NCBI GenBank assembly: GCA_051971635.1
Contig: JBFPLN010000005.1
Span: forward strand, 96,001 to 160,000
Reading direction: 5' to 3'
Origin: Candidatus Atelocyanobacterium thalassae
Lineage (GTDB): Bacteria > Cyanobacteriota > Cyanobacteriia > Cyanobacteriales > Microcystaceae
Length of the DNA: 64,000 nt
The notes below the pieces were generated by a model. It had not been told where the DNA came from. It ran no database searches and worked only from the letters and a program-made list of their open reading frames with translations. Every line of letters starts with the position of its first letter. Positions within the stretch are counted from its first letter, which is position 1. Shown here one piece after another: positions 11,422 through 21,157 of the stretch. A program made the position numbers and the translations under genes.

Positions 11422-12906
11422 CTATTTCAATAATGGTGTTAAATCTACAAAATTTTCAACCAAATCTGCTATGTCATCAAGCGCTTTTTCTCTTTGTTTT
11501 AAATAGTTTTCAACGTTAGTTGAAAGGAGAGGTAATTTTTTCCTTCTTCTTAAACTATTTAACCACATTCTCCTCCATGTACCATTGTCAAAAATTCCAT
11601 GTAAGTAACATCCCCATATAGATAAACTTTTATTAACGATTCCTAGTGTGGGATCACTAAACATATGATACAGTTCCTTGTCCTTTGCAATATCTTGATC
11701 TTTTAAAAAATTTGTAACTCCTTGGTGTATTTCATAACCTGTAACATTAGAACCTGTATAAGGATAAGCTGAGATAGTTTCTCTCCTACATATTATTTTT
11801 TTAGAAGTTATCTTAGTTTCCATAGGTAATAAATTAAGACCTGAACATACTTCATTTTCTCCCTCTATTCTATAAGGATCAAAAATTGTTTCTCCTAACA
11901 TCTGAAATCCACCGCAAATTCCTAAAACAACTCCTCCATTCTTAAAATATTCTTTTATTTGTGTTGCCATATTACTCTTATGAAGAGCTATTAAGTCATG
12001 AATAGTAGTTTTTGATCCTGGAATAATTAAAACATCAGGATTCCCTATATTCTGATTTAAATCTAGATACTCCACTTTAATAGTTTTCTCATATGTTAAA
12101 GGTTCAAAATCTGTAAAATTGGCTATATGTGGTAATTTTATAATTGCAATATTAATATCTTTTGAACTTTTTTCCTGATTTCTATCTAATAGGTCTAAAG
12201 AGTCTTCAGCAGAAAATACAATATCCGTCCAAGGAATCACGCCTAAAACAGGGATTTTAGTATAGCTCTCTAACCATTTAATCCCTGAACTTAAAAGTGA
12301 TCGTTGTCCTCTAAATTTATTGATAATAATACCTTTAACCAGAGAACGTTCGGCTTTATCTAGTAACTGTAGTGTCCCTATGATATGAGCAAATGCTCCT
12401 CCTCTATCGATATCTACTATTAGTACAGTATGAGCATCTAAGTATTTAGCAACCCTCATATTTGTTAAATCTCTATATTTAAGATTAATCTCTGCTGGAC
12501 TTCCTGCACCTTCACATATACAAAAATCAAACTCTGTTTTTAAATTTTTTAAAGATGTCGTTATAGCTTTCCAGCCTACTTTAAAATAATTCTGATAGTA
12601 ATCTCCTGCTGATGTTGTTCCAACCATTTCACCATTAAGGATAACTTGTGATACCATATTTCCTTGTGGCTTTAACAAAATTGGATTAATGTCTACTCTA
12701 GGCTCAATTTTTGCGGCCCAAGCCTGTACTGCTTGAGCATAGCCAATCTCTTTTCTGTCTTTGGTAACATAAGCATTAAGTGCCATATTCTGTCCTTTAA
12801 ATGGTGTTACTTTCCATCCTTGACGAACTAAAATTCTACAAATGGCAGCGGTGAGAAAAGACTTTCCTGCATGAGATGTAGTCCCTACAATCATAATGGT
12901 CTTCAT
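11422..12906 (-). CDS. cobQ: Cobyric acid synthase
   Basis: GTTSHAGKS, PFKGQNMALN, EGAGSPAEINL, GICGGFQMLG, GYEIHQG, YLHGIFDN. Confidence 0.97.
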   Translation of the reverse strand: MKTIMIVGTTSHAGKSFLTAAICRILVRQGWKVTPFKGQNMALNAYVTKDRKEIGYAQAVQAWAAKIEPRVDINPILLKPQGNMVSQVILNGEMVGTTSAGDYYQNYFKVGWKAITTSLKNLKTEFDFCICEGAGSPAEINLKYRDLTNMRVAKYLDAHTVLIVDIDRGGAFAHIIGTLQLLDKAERSLVKGIIINKFRGQRSLLSSGIKWLESYTKIPVLGVIPWTDIVFSAEDSLDLLDRNQEKSSKDINIAIIKLPHIANFTDFEPLTYEKTIKVEYLDLNQNIGNPDVLIIPGSKTTIHDLIALHKSNMATQIKEYFKNGGVVLGICGGFQMLGETIFDPYRIEGENEVCSGLNLLPMETKITSKKIICRRETISAYPYTGSNVTGYEIHQGVTNFLKDQDIAKDKELYHMFSDPTLGIVNKSLSIWGCYLHGIFDNGTWRRMWLNSLRRRKKLPLLSTNVENYLKQREKALDDIADLVENFVDLTPLLK

Positions 12907-12954
12907 TAAAAACTTTTAGCTCCGTAACTTAAATTATTTTCTTTATATTAGATA

Positions 12955-13350
12955 TTAAATGAAGGAATTTAGATAGTATAAAAATTCGTCAGACATACGA
13001 TCCAGTAATGATAATCTGGGGATATCTAGTTTATTAATTTGCCATTTTTCTACTATTTTTTTCCCTAAAGGAGTTAAACGAAAACCATCGGTAATACCTT
13101 GTCCGTCAACTTCTCTTCTTAATATTCCTACTTTTATTAGCCATATTAATCTTTGGTCTATTTGTTGTTCAGATAAAAATTTGAGACCATATCTCTTTTT
13201 TGTTACCCATGTGTCAATAATCGTAGAAAAGGAAACACTTTGTTTTTTCATTGCAATAAACAATTCTAAAGGGAAAGGAGAACATAGTAATGCTCTTTCT
13301 GCTCGAAATGTTGAATTATTGGTGTCAAAATTACTAAAAAATAAGGCCAC
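12955..13350 (-). CDS. Npun_F0494-family conserved cyanobacterial protein
   Basis: RAERALLCSPF and WLIKVGILRREVDGQGITDGFRLTPLG. Confidence 0.8.
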   Translation of the reverse strand: MALFFSNFDTNNSTFRAERALLCSPFPLELFIAMKKQSVSFSTIIDTWVTKKRYGLKFLSEQQIDQRLIWLIKVGILRREVDGQGITDGFRLTPLGKKIVEKWQINKLDIPRLSLLDRMSDEFLYYLNSFI

Positions 13351-13461
13351 AATTTTTATTACTATTAATTAAAAAGAGACTTTTTATTATGAAAGGTTTT
13401 CTATCTTCGTGTAAAGTTTTATATTTAGACTAATAACTTTATTACTTATGAATAAAATATT

Positions 13462-13896
13462 ATGACTTTAGCCATTAAAACTATTGCACCTAATTTTACC
13501 GCTCTTGATGAGGAAGGAAAAGAGATTAGCCTATCAGATTATAGAGGCAAAACTGTTGTCCTATATTTTTACCCAAAAGACGATACTCCTGGCTGTACAC
13601 AAGAAGCTCAAAGTTTCCAGAATAATTATGAAGAATATCAAAATAGAGATATAGTTATTTTTGGTGTTAGTATGGATAGTCAAGAATCTCATAAAGCCTT
13701 TAAGAAAAAATTTAATTTACCTTTTCAACTTTTAGTAGACGAGGAAGGACTTTTAACTACACTTTACGATGTTGCAGGAGGGAATTTCTCTAGACGTGTT
13801 ACATATATTATTAATGAAGAAGGTGTTATTTCTCACATTGACGAAAAGATAAGTACTAAAACTCATGCACAGGACGTTTTAAATAAAATAAGCTGA
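13462..13896 (+). CDS. bcp: Peroxiredoxin (BCP/PrxQ type)
   Basis: YFYPKDDTPGCTQEA with peroxidatic Cys. Confidence 0.92.
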   Translation: MTLAIKTIAPNFTALDEEGKEISLSDYRGKTVVLYFYPKDDTPGCTQEAQSFQNNYEEYQNRDIVIFGVSMDSQESHKAFKKKFNLPFQLLVDEEGLLTTLYDVAGGNFSRRVTYIINEEGVISHIDEKISTKTHAQDVLNKIS

Positions 13897-14139
13897 CTTA
13901 AATACATCCAAACAACTAAATTATTTTAGAAAAAATAAGTAGTTATTATTTTTATAGTATAGTTTCTAGTTAATTACTATATAAATAATGCCTGATCTTT
14001 CAGAAACATTATTTATATAGTATTAAGTTTCTTATCTGAGCTTATTTATTTTCTTAACCTTGCAAATTTAGCAGAAATATGAGATTATAATAGCTTGTGT
14101 ATAAATATAAACTAATAGCTTGAGTTGTTAGGTTAAATT

Positions 14140-14334
14140 ATGGCTAGTAAAAAAGGTGTTCGGCTTATAATCACTCTTGAGTGTACAGAATGTCGAACAA
14201 ATACAACAAAGCGCTCACCTGGGGTTAATCGTTATACTACCAGTAAAAATCGTCGCAATACCACCGCGCGATTAGAACTTAAAAAGTTTTGTCCCCACTG
14301 TAACAAACATACTACTCATAAAGAAATTAAGTAG
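14140..14334 (+). CDS. rpmG: 50S ribosomal protein L33
   Basis: ITLECTEC...[26 protein letters not shown]. Confidence 0.98.
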   Translation: MASKKGVRLIITLECTECRTNTTKRSPGVNRYTTSKNRRNTTARLELKKFCPHCNKHTTHKEIK

Positions 14335-14366
14335 TATCTTAATAAAAAATATAAAGAAAGTTAAGC

Positions 14367-14582
14367 ATGAGCTATTATCGTAAACGTCTTTCTCCTATTC
14401 CGCCTAAGCAGCCAATAGATTACAAAGATACTGAATTGCTTAGGAAGTTTATTACTGAACGAGGTAAGATTCTTCCTCGACGCATTACGGGTCTAACAGC
14501 AAAGCAGCAAAGGGCACTGACAACAGCAGTTAAACGTGCAAGAATTCTAGCCTTATTACCTTTTGTTAATAAGGAAGCCTAA
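14367..14582 (+). CDS. rpsR: 30S ribosomal protein S18
   Basis: [24 protein letters not shown]. Confidence 0.98.
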   Translation: MSYYRKRLSPIPPKQPIDYKDTELLRKFITERGKILPRRITGLTAKQQRALTTAVKRARILALLPFVNKEA

Positions 14583-14604
14583 TGTTATCTTTTATTTAGA
14601 TATT

Positions 14605-14645
14605 AGGGGTTGATATTTCAGAATGTCTCTCAAAAATTAACCCCT
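14605..14645 (+). terminator. Stem-loop after rpsR
   Basis: AGGGGTTGAT ... ATTAACCCCT inverted repeat. Confidence 0.5.
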
Positions 14646-14734
14646 TAAATATCAAAGCAAATTCCGGAAATTCATTGAAGGCATGAAATTATAAATAATT
14701 AAAGACAAATATTAAAATTTAAGGCACGAAGCGG

Positions 14735-16750
14735 GTGGAAAAAGGCAAACTAATCGAGTTTAGAATCAACGGAGAACGTCGCTTAGCTGTCGTTGATCGT
14801 CCAGAAGGGAAAAAGGATTGGATTGTAGTTGATAGTGAAGGAAGCTCATACAAGTTAAGACAACAAAGAGTAGAATATGAGGTGATAGGCGGATCCTATG
14901 TTTCTAGCCAAATCCCTAAATTTATTTCAGATACTAAGTCTTATCTGGATCCATCTAATTTAGAAATAGCCTGGGAACTATTAATAGAAGAAAAGAGAAC
15001 TTTTACGCCGGAAGAAATGGCAAATTTTCTTTTTTCTGCATGTTCTCCTGTAATTTGTTATGCCACTTATCGATTACTTTCTGATGATAAAATTTATTTT
15101 AAGAAAAAAGGAGATAGTTATGAAGCCCGATCTCCTGGACAAGTCGAAGAAATTAAGCATCAAATTGAAATTGAGAATCAACGCCAGCAAGATAAAAAGT
15201 TTTTCTTAAATAATATTCATCGTAAAATAGCTGGAGAAGAAATAATATGGACTGAGAAGGATTGTAGTAAATTAGAATTATTAGAAAAATTTGTTTTACA
15301 ACCCGATCAAAATCATCGAAACGCACAAGATCTTCTTAAAGAGCTAGGGCAGATTATAAGTCCAAATGCTGCATTCGATTTCTTAGTAAGTATTGGATGG
15401 TGGAGCCCAAATGAAAACTTATTTTTAAAGCGTAGCTCTTATCCTATTAACTTCCCCAAAAAGGTACTAGATATGGTTTCTTTTTCTCTACAAAACCTAC
15501 CCTTTAATACTGATAATGAACGAATGGATCTAACTCATCTAAAAGTTTATACCATAGATGATGACAGTACTGAAGAAATAGATGATGGTTTAAGTGTAGA
15601 AGTTTTAGAAAATAATATTGTTAAATTATGGATACATATAGCAGATCCTACCCATTTAGTTAAGCCAGGAGATGAGCTTGACTTAGAAGCAAGAAAACGA
15701 AGTACAACCTTGTATTTACCTACAGGAATAATCTCCATGTTTCCTGCAGAATTAGCGACTGGACCTATGAGCTTAAGACAAGGTCAAATCTGTCCTTCAT
15801 TAAGTTTTGGAGTAATTTTAAATGAACACGGTGCTGTTCTCGATTATTCCATTCATACCAGTATTATTAAACCTACTTATCGTTTAAGCTATAATGATGT
15901 TAATGAAATCTTGCAATTAGGTATAGTCGCTGAATCAGAATTAGCTATCTTAGCTAAAGCGGCAAAACAGCGATATTGTTGGAGGAAATCTCAAGGATCA
16001 ATTACCATAAAGATGCCGGAGGCATCTATTAAAGTCATATCTGAAGATGAAATTATAATTGATTTACTAGAAACCTCTGTTTCTCGCCAATTAGTAGCAG
16101 AAATGATGATTCTTGCTGGTGAAGTGGCTGGTAATTATTGTCAAAAGAATAGTATCCCTGTCCCTTTCAGAGGACAACCACAACCAGATTTACCTTCAGA
16201 AGAAGAGTTACTATTATTACCTGCTGGTCCAGTTAGATCATGTGCTTTACGCCGTTGCATGCCTAAAGGTGAAATCGCAACCATTCCAAATCGTCACTCA
16301 AGTCTAGGGTTAAATTACTATACTCAAGTGACTTCTCCTATACGACGTTATACAGATTTGTTGACTCATTTTCAAATTAAGGCTCATCTTCATAACCAGC
16401 CATTACCATTCACATTAGATGTAATGCAGAATATATTATATGGTGTTACTCTCTCTGCACAAGAGGCATCATTCTTAGAAAGGCAAACCAATAGATATTG
16501 GGGATTAGAATTTCTACGACGTAATGCTGATCAGATGTGGCAAGGATTGGTATTACGTTGGTTGCGAGAAGATGAAGGATTAGGAATAATTTTACTGGAA
16601 GAATTGGGCTTAGAGCTTCCTCATTATTTTGAACGTGCAGTTAAATTAGGTGATCGAATTAATGTTCAAGTTAGTCGTTCTGACCCACATCGAGACGAAA
16701 TTCGCTTCCGTGAAGTGCTAGCCAATGAAATTAATATAGAAAAAATTTGA
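14735..16750 (+). CDS. rnb: Exoribonuclease II/R (RNB domain)
   Basis: TIDDDSTEEIDDGLS, HIADP, TSPIRRYTDL; GTG start; rpmG-rpsR-rnb order typical of cyanobacteria. Confidence 0.93.
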   Translation: MEKGKLIEFRINGERRLAVVDRPEGKKDWIVVDSEGSSYKLRQQRVEYEVIGGSYVSSQIPKFISDTKSYLDPSNLEIAWELLIEEKRTFTPEEMANFLFSACSPVICYATYRLLSDDKIYFKKKGDSYEARSPGQVEEIKHQIEIENQRQQDKKFFLNNIHRKIAGEEIIWTEKDCSKLELLEKFVLQPDQNHRNAQDLLKELGQIISPNAAFDFLVSIGWWSPNENLFLKRSSYPINFPKKVLDMVSFSLQNLPFNTDNERMDLTHLKVYTIDDDSTEEIDDGLSVEVLENNIVKLWIHIADPTHLVKPGDELDLEARKRSTTLYLPTGIISMFPAELATGPMSLRQGQICPSLSFGVILNEHGAVLDYSIHTSIIKPTYRLSYNDVNEILQLGIVAESELAILAKAAKQRYCWRKSQGSITIKMPEASIKVISEDEIIIDLLETSVSRQLVAEMMILAGEVAGNYCQKNSIPVPFRGQPQPDLPSEEELLLLPAGPVRSCALRRCMPKGEIATIPNRHSSLGLNYYTQVTSPIRRYTDLLTHFQIKAHLHNQPLPFTLDVMQNILYGVTLSAQEASFLERQTNRYWGLEFLRRNADQMWQGLVLRWLREDEGLGIILLEELGLELPHYFERAVKLGDRINVQVSRSDPHRDEIRFREVLANEINIEKI

Positions 16751-16985
16751 GACCATAGGATAAAAATTAATCACTAATAAATGGATATTTTTTCTATATA
16801 AACTAGTAAAAAGAAACTTTTATAAAGTCTCAAATATAATGATTCCTATCATCTAAATGTTTCTAAACTCAAATATGCAAGGATAGCATAATATAGTTAT
16901 TTTCTACTAGGGATAACTTTTTATACAAGAAAATATTAACAAAGGTTAATTTACGTGAGAATGTTTATGTCTTTATAAAAAATAA

Positions 16986-17028
16986 AGAGGAAATCCAAGA
17001 CTTTCCATGTTTCGTCTTAATTTCCTCT
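16986..17028. terminator. Hairpin between convergent genes
   Basis: AGAGGAAAT-cc-AAGAC ... GTCTT-a-ATTTCCTCT. Confidence 0.5.
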
Positions 17029-17130
17029 CTTAATTAACTCTTCACACCATATATCAGTGTATATGAAAATTCTGATCTTAAAGTATTATTTAAGTCTTTT
17101 TTAATTTTAGAGGTAATTACAAAGCATATC

Positions 17131-18051
17131 TTAAACTCTATTGAAATATACTTTTTGTAACAAACTCTGTGTAATGATTATTAAGTTTAATCTTGCTTGT
17201 AGTTTTTTCATACTTTCCAATTCTTTAGAAGAAAAAATACGACAAGAACGCTCAAACTCTAACAGACAATAGCTAAGTATTAAGATTTGTTTGGTATTAT
17301 CTTCTTTGCATTTATGCATTTCAGAGTCTAACATCATGAAAATCTGAGAAATTAACTGCCTTTCTGTATGAGAATTTAATAGTAATTCTTCAAATTCCAT
17401 ATCGTACGAAAAAATATACCTTTCTTTATTTAAAGCTTTTTCATTATTTAGAGATTTAACGTTTAGCTTTGCTGTTATACCTTGTTCTTTCGCTAAATGT
17501 ATCAGATGACAACAACGCAGATAAGCATATTGAACAATATACAAAGAATCATACGATTTACTATCATAAGTAGTGCAATGTGTTAATAACTGGGAAATGT
17601 CTTGATTTTGTAACCATAGAAACAAATACTTATCATCTAACGTAAATTCTAGCCAGCCTGGTTCAATTAGTTTAAGGATAAAACCTATACACGGTATATC
17701 CGAATAATGTTCTATCGTTATTTGTTCATTTTCCATTAACAAACAAGAACAAGTTTGTTTTATTAACTCAAAAATTTCCTCAGCTATTACTATTGCCGGA
17801 TAAGATGATCTACTAGCTAACTCAAAAGCTACAGTACAACGATAGGTAATTAAATAGGGATAGGATATGAGAGTATAATTTAAACGATTAACAGGAATAA
17901 ATTTTTCTAAGTAAATAAAATCAACATCTTTTATTTTCTTGAGCTTTACTAGTTGAGAGTATATGAAAAATTTAAGTTGCTGCTGAATTGAGATCTTGGT
18001 CTGTTTGATAAATATAGGATAAATTGCTCTTATAACTTTATCATCCTTCAT
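17131..18051 (-). CDS. ArgRS-like protein (N-terminal domain + DALR anticodon-binding domain, no catalytic domain)
   Basis: YRCTVAFELA and PGWLEF resemble the ArgRS N-domain; YIVQYAYLRCCHL and EFERSCRIF...LQARL resemble DALR; no HIGH motif; only 306 aa. Confidence 0.72.
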   Translation of the reverse strand: MKDDKVIRAIYPIFIKQTKISIQQQLKFFIYSQLVKLKKIKDVDFIYLEKFIPVNRLNYTLISYPYLITYRCTVAFELASRSSYPAIVIAEEIFELIKQTCSCLLMENEQITIEHYSDIPCIGFILKLIEPGWLEFTLDDKYLFLWLQNQDISQLLTHCTTYDSKSYDSLYIVQYAYLRCCHLIHLAKEQGITAKLNVKSLNNEKALNKERYIFSYDMEFEELLLNSHTERQLISQIFMMLDSEMHKCKEDNTKQILILSYCLLEFERSCRIFSSKELESMKKLQARLNLIIITQSLLQKVYFNRV

Positions 18052-18134
18052 ATATATCGCGAGTTAACTAACATAGTTGAAAATTAATATCCATATTCTT
18101 TACTATTATTAAATAATATATATTTATATTAAGA

Positions 18135-18312
18135 ATTTATTTCTTTACTCAGAAACAGTAATATACAGTTATGCTATAGTGGATGTTGTAAGCTCATTGA
18201 ATGGCTAAAGCTAACCATAACAGTCCAACACTTTGTGAATATTCTCCAAACACAAAATCCATTAGCTAAATTGGCAACTGTTCTGAGAAATAATTATTTA
18301 ATAGGAGACTTT
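18135..18312 (+). ncRNA. ssrS: Probable 6S RNA (boundaries approximate)
   Basis: Long rod-like fold: CTCAGAA/TTCTGAG (18148/18287), ACAGTT..GCTA/TGGC.AACTGT and TAGTGGAT.TTGT/ACAA.ATCCATTA pairings with internal bulges; contains TCCAACACTT and GGCAACTGTTC segments that I recall from cyanobacterial 6S RNAs; ~180 nt. Confidence 0.68.
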
Positions 18313-18318
18313 CATTTG

Positions 18319-18462
18319 ATGAATTACCTAAAAGAAATTATAGAAAAGCTTAAAGAATTAGCACAAAAATTAATTGAAACACTTTTAGAGCCTAATAAAG
18401 AACCAGAAATAGAACTTATACCTATACCAGTTGATGATCCACAAGATTATTATGGTAGTTGA
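18319..18462 (+). CDS. Small conserved cyanobacterial protein (47 aa)
   Basis: AGGAG at 18303-18307 upstream of ATG 18319; MNYLKEIIEKLKELAQKLIETLLEPNKEPEIELIPIPVDDP. The ORF-track start at 18235 lies inside the 6S RNA. Confidence 0.7.
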   Translation: MNYLKEIIEKLKELAQKLIETLLEPNKEPEIELIPIPVDDPQDYYGS

Positions 18463-18910
18463 TAACTCAAAAAGAATTAGCATATTAGTAATTCATGGAC
18501 CTAATTTAAACTTATTAGGAAAACGTCAACCTACAGTTTATGGTTCTATTTCGTTAAGGGAAATTAATATTTTACTACATAAAAAAGCTTTAGCTTTAGG
18601 ACTAAAAATATCAATAGTTCAATCAAATTACGAAGGTACTATTGTTGAATTAATTCATCAGTCTTTGGGACAGCATCAGGGACTATTAATTAATGCTGGA
18701 GCATATACACACAGTAGTCTAGCTATAGCTGATGCTCTTCTCGCTGTCGAAATTCCAGTAGTAGAAGTACATTTGAGCAATATATACAAAAGAGAAAACA
18801 TACGTCATCACTCTTATATTGCTCCTATTGCTATTGGTCAAATAACTGGATTTGGTGTTAACAGCTATTTACTAGGTTTAAATGCTTTATTTGATTACAT
18901 TCATCAATAA
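18452..18910 (+). CDS. aroQ: Type II 3-dehydroquinate dehydratase
   Basis: HGPNLNLLGKRQP.VYG, QSNYEG, INAGAYTHSS, EVHLSNI..RE..RH; ATG 18452 preferred over 18431. Confidence 0.96.
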   Translation: MVVDNSKRISILVIHGPNLNLLGKRQPTVYGSISLREINILLHKKALALGLKISIVQSNYEGTIVELIHQSLGQHQGLLINAGAYTHSSLAIADALLAVEIPVVEVHLSNIYKRENIRHHSYIAPIAIGQITGFGVNSYLLGLNALFDYIHQ

Positions 18911-19043
18911 TAATAATTTTCTAATAAAAACTTATCATCAGTATATAACTATAGTGAGTTTATAAAAGCTTTGCAAAAACATTTTTGATCATTATACGAA
19001 ATAATATATTATTTCCAATATTGTTTTACAAATATTTTTAATC

Positions 19044-19084
19044 TATAAGCTATTACTCTAATTTTTAAATTAGAGTAGCTTATA
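19044..19084. terminator. Bidirectional terminator-like hairpin between aroQ and thrS
   Basis: TATAAGCTA..ACTCTAATTT / AAATTAGAGT.AGCTTATA near-perfect inverted repeat. Confidence 0.6.
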
Positions 19085-19127
19085 TTCTAAAATCGTTCAA
19101 ATTATAATTAAATAATTACCCATTAGA

Positions 19128-20954
19128 TCAGAAGATTTCATGATTAGAAATAGTTTCTAACATATTATTTATAAAGTCATTAATAGGAATTAGACCTAAT
19201 TCTCCCGATTGTCGAGTGCGAATATTTAAAGAATTGGTTTCCATTTCTTTTGAACCTATAATTGCCATAACAGGAATTTTTTGTTTTTCCCCCTTTCGAA
19301 TCATTTTTCCAAGCCTTTCTCCTGAAGTATCAACCTCTGCTCTAATTTTTGATTTAAGCATGATTTGCGCCATATTTTTAGCATAGTCGAGATATAAATC
19401 ACTGACAGGTAAGATACGTACTTGAACTGGAGATAACCATACAGGAAAGTCACCAGCAAATTCTTCAATTAGAATACCAATTAAGCGTTCTAAAGATCCA
19501 AAAGGAGCTCGATGGATCATAATAGGCCTATGTCTATCGCCATTTTCTCCTACATACTCTAAATCAAATCTTTCAGGCAAGTTATAGTCAACCTGGACGG
19601 TTCCTAGCTGCCACTCTCTATCTAGGGCATCTTGAAAGATAAAATCTAATTTTGGGCCATAGAATGCTGCCTCTCCTTCTGCCTCAAAATAATCAATATT
19701 TAATAATTTAACTGCACGATAAATGGCATTTTGCGATTTTTCCCATACTTCATCGCTTCCAATATATTTATCAGAGTTAGGATCTCGGAAGCTTAATCTT
19801 GCTTTAAATTTTTTAAGTTGCAAGTTTTCGAAGACTGAAAGGATTAAATTTACAACATTAAGAAATTCATCATCTAGTTGATCAGGCTTAACAAACAGAT
19901 GAGAGTCATCAACTGTAAAACTTCGTACACGAGTTAATCCACCTAGTTCACCTGATTTTTCATAACGATAGACAGTACCGAACTCTGCTAATCGTACAGG
20001 TAAATCACGATAGGACCTTAGCTCACTTTTGTAAATTTGAATATGAAAAGGACAATTCATAGGTTTTAGAACAAATCCTATCTCTTCATTTTTGGCATCT
20101 TCACTATCACTCATTAGAGGAAACATATCTTCTTTGTAATTTTGCCAATGACCAGAAGTTTTAAACAAGTCCACTTTTCCAATATGAGGAGTTACTACTG
20201 GAAGATATCCTCGTTTCAATTGTTCTTCTTTTAAAAAGTTTTCTAAAACAGATCTGATTATAGTTCCTTTTGGAGTCCATAGTGGCAGACCAGGCCCTAC
20301 AGAATTAGAAAAAATAAATAAGCCTAACTCCTTACCTAGTTTACGATGATCTCGTTTTAAAGCTTCTTCTTTGCGTTTTTTATATGCTGCTAATTGTGCA
20401 GGGTTTTCCCAGGCAGTGCCGTAAATACGCTGCAATTGTGCTTTAGTCTCATCTCCTCTCCAATATGCTCCAGCTACTGACTCTATTTCAAATGCTTTGG
20501 GATGTAGATCTGCAGTACTTTCTAAATGAGGACCACTACACAAATCCCACCATTCTTCTCCTAAATGGTACAAAGTAATAGGCGCTTGAATACTTTCAAG
20601 AATTTCTAGCTTATAAGGTTCCTGAGCCTCAATAATGCGTCTTTTAGCTTCTTCCAAAGTAATTTCTTCTTTTATTACTGGAAGCTTAGATTTAATGATC
20701 TTAATCATTTCTTTCTTAATACTTTTTAAATCTTGATCTAAAAAAGGCTTAGAAATATCAAAATCATAATAGAATCCTGTTTCTGTCCAAGGTCCGATTG
20801 TGACTTTTGCCTGAGGGAAAAGTTTTTGTACAGCCATAGCCATAATGTGAGAGGCAGTGTGGCGGATACATTTCAGTTTGTAAGACTCACTAGTACGGAG
20901 TAGCTTTATGGGTTGCTGCTCAGATTCTTCAATTAATATAGATTGTTTAACCAT
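19128..20954 (-). CDS. thrS: Threonine--tRNA ligase
   Basis: RHTASHIMA, DLCSGPH, KPMNCPFH, GLTRVR, AFYGPK, IHRAPFGSLER. Confidence 0.98.
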   Translation of the reverse strand: MVKQSILIEESEQQPIKLLRTSESYKLKCIRHTASHIMAMAVQKLFPQAKVTIGPWTETGFYYDFDISKPFLDQDLKSIKKEMIKIIKSKLPVIKEEITLEEAKRRIIEAQEPYKLEILESIQAPITLYHLGEEWWDLCSGPHLESTADLHPKAFEIESVAGAYWRGDETKAQLQRIYGTAWENPAQLAAYKKRKEEALKRDHRKLGKELGLFIFSNSVGPGLPLWTPKGTIIRSVLENFLKEEQLKRGYLPVVTPHIGKVDLFKTSGHWQNYKEDMFPLMSDSEDAKNEEIGFVLKPMNCPFHIQIYKSELRSYRDLPVRLAEFGTVYRYEKSGELGGLTRVRSFTVDDSHLFVKPDQLDDEFLNVVNLILSVFENLQLKKFKARLSFRDPNSDKYIGSDEVWEKSQNAIYRAVKLLNIDYFEAEGEAAFYGPKLDFIFQDALDREWQLGTVQVDYNLPERFDLEYVGENGDRHRPIMIHRAPFGSLERLIGILIEEFAGDFPVWLSPVQVRILPVSDLYLDYAKNMAQIMLKSKIRAEVDTSGERLGKMIRKGEKQKIPVMAIIGSKEMETNSLNIRTRQSGELGLIPINDFINNMLETISNHEIF

Positions 20955-21157
20955 TCACACCTATTTTCTATAATTTTTTGTTTAGTTTATTATGTACAAA
21001 GGAGTAAAAAAAAGATTGTGACATAATTGGTATAGTAATTCACTATAGTTTAAGTATAAAAATCTATTTTTTTTAAATATAAAAAGTTTTTATACTTTAT
21101 GCCGTAAAATCAGCTATTCTAGCAGGAAGAGTTTTTATAATTAAAATTATACTATCC

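Noticed and set aside
16751..16985. Gap after rnb as a gene remnant
   Set aside because: No recognisable homology by eye.
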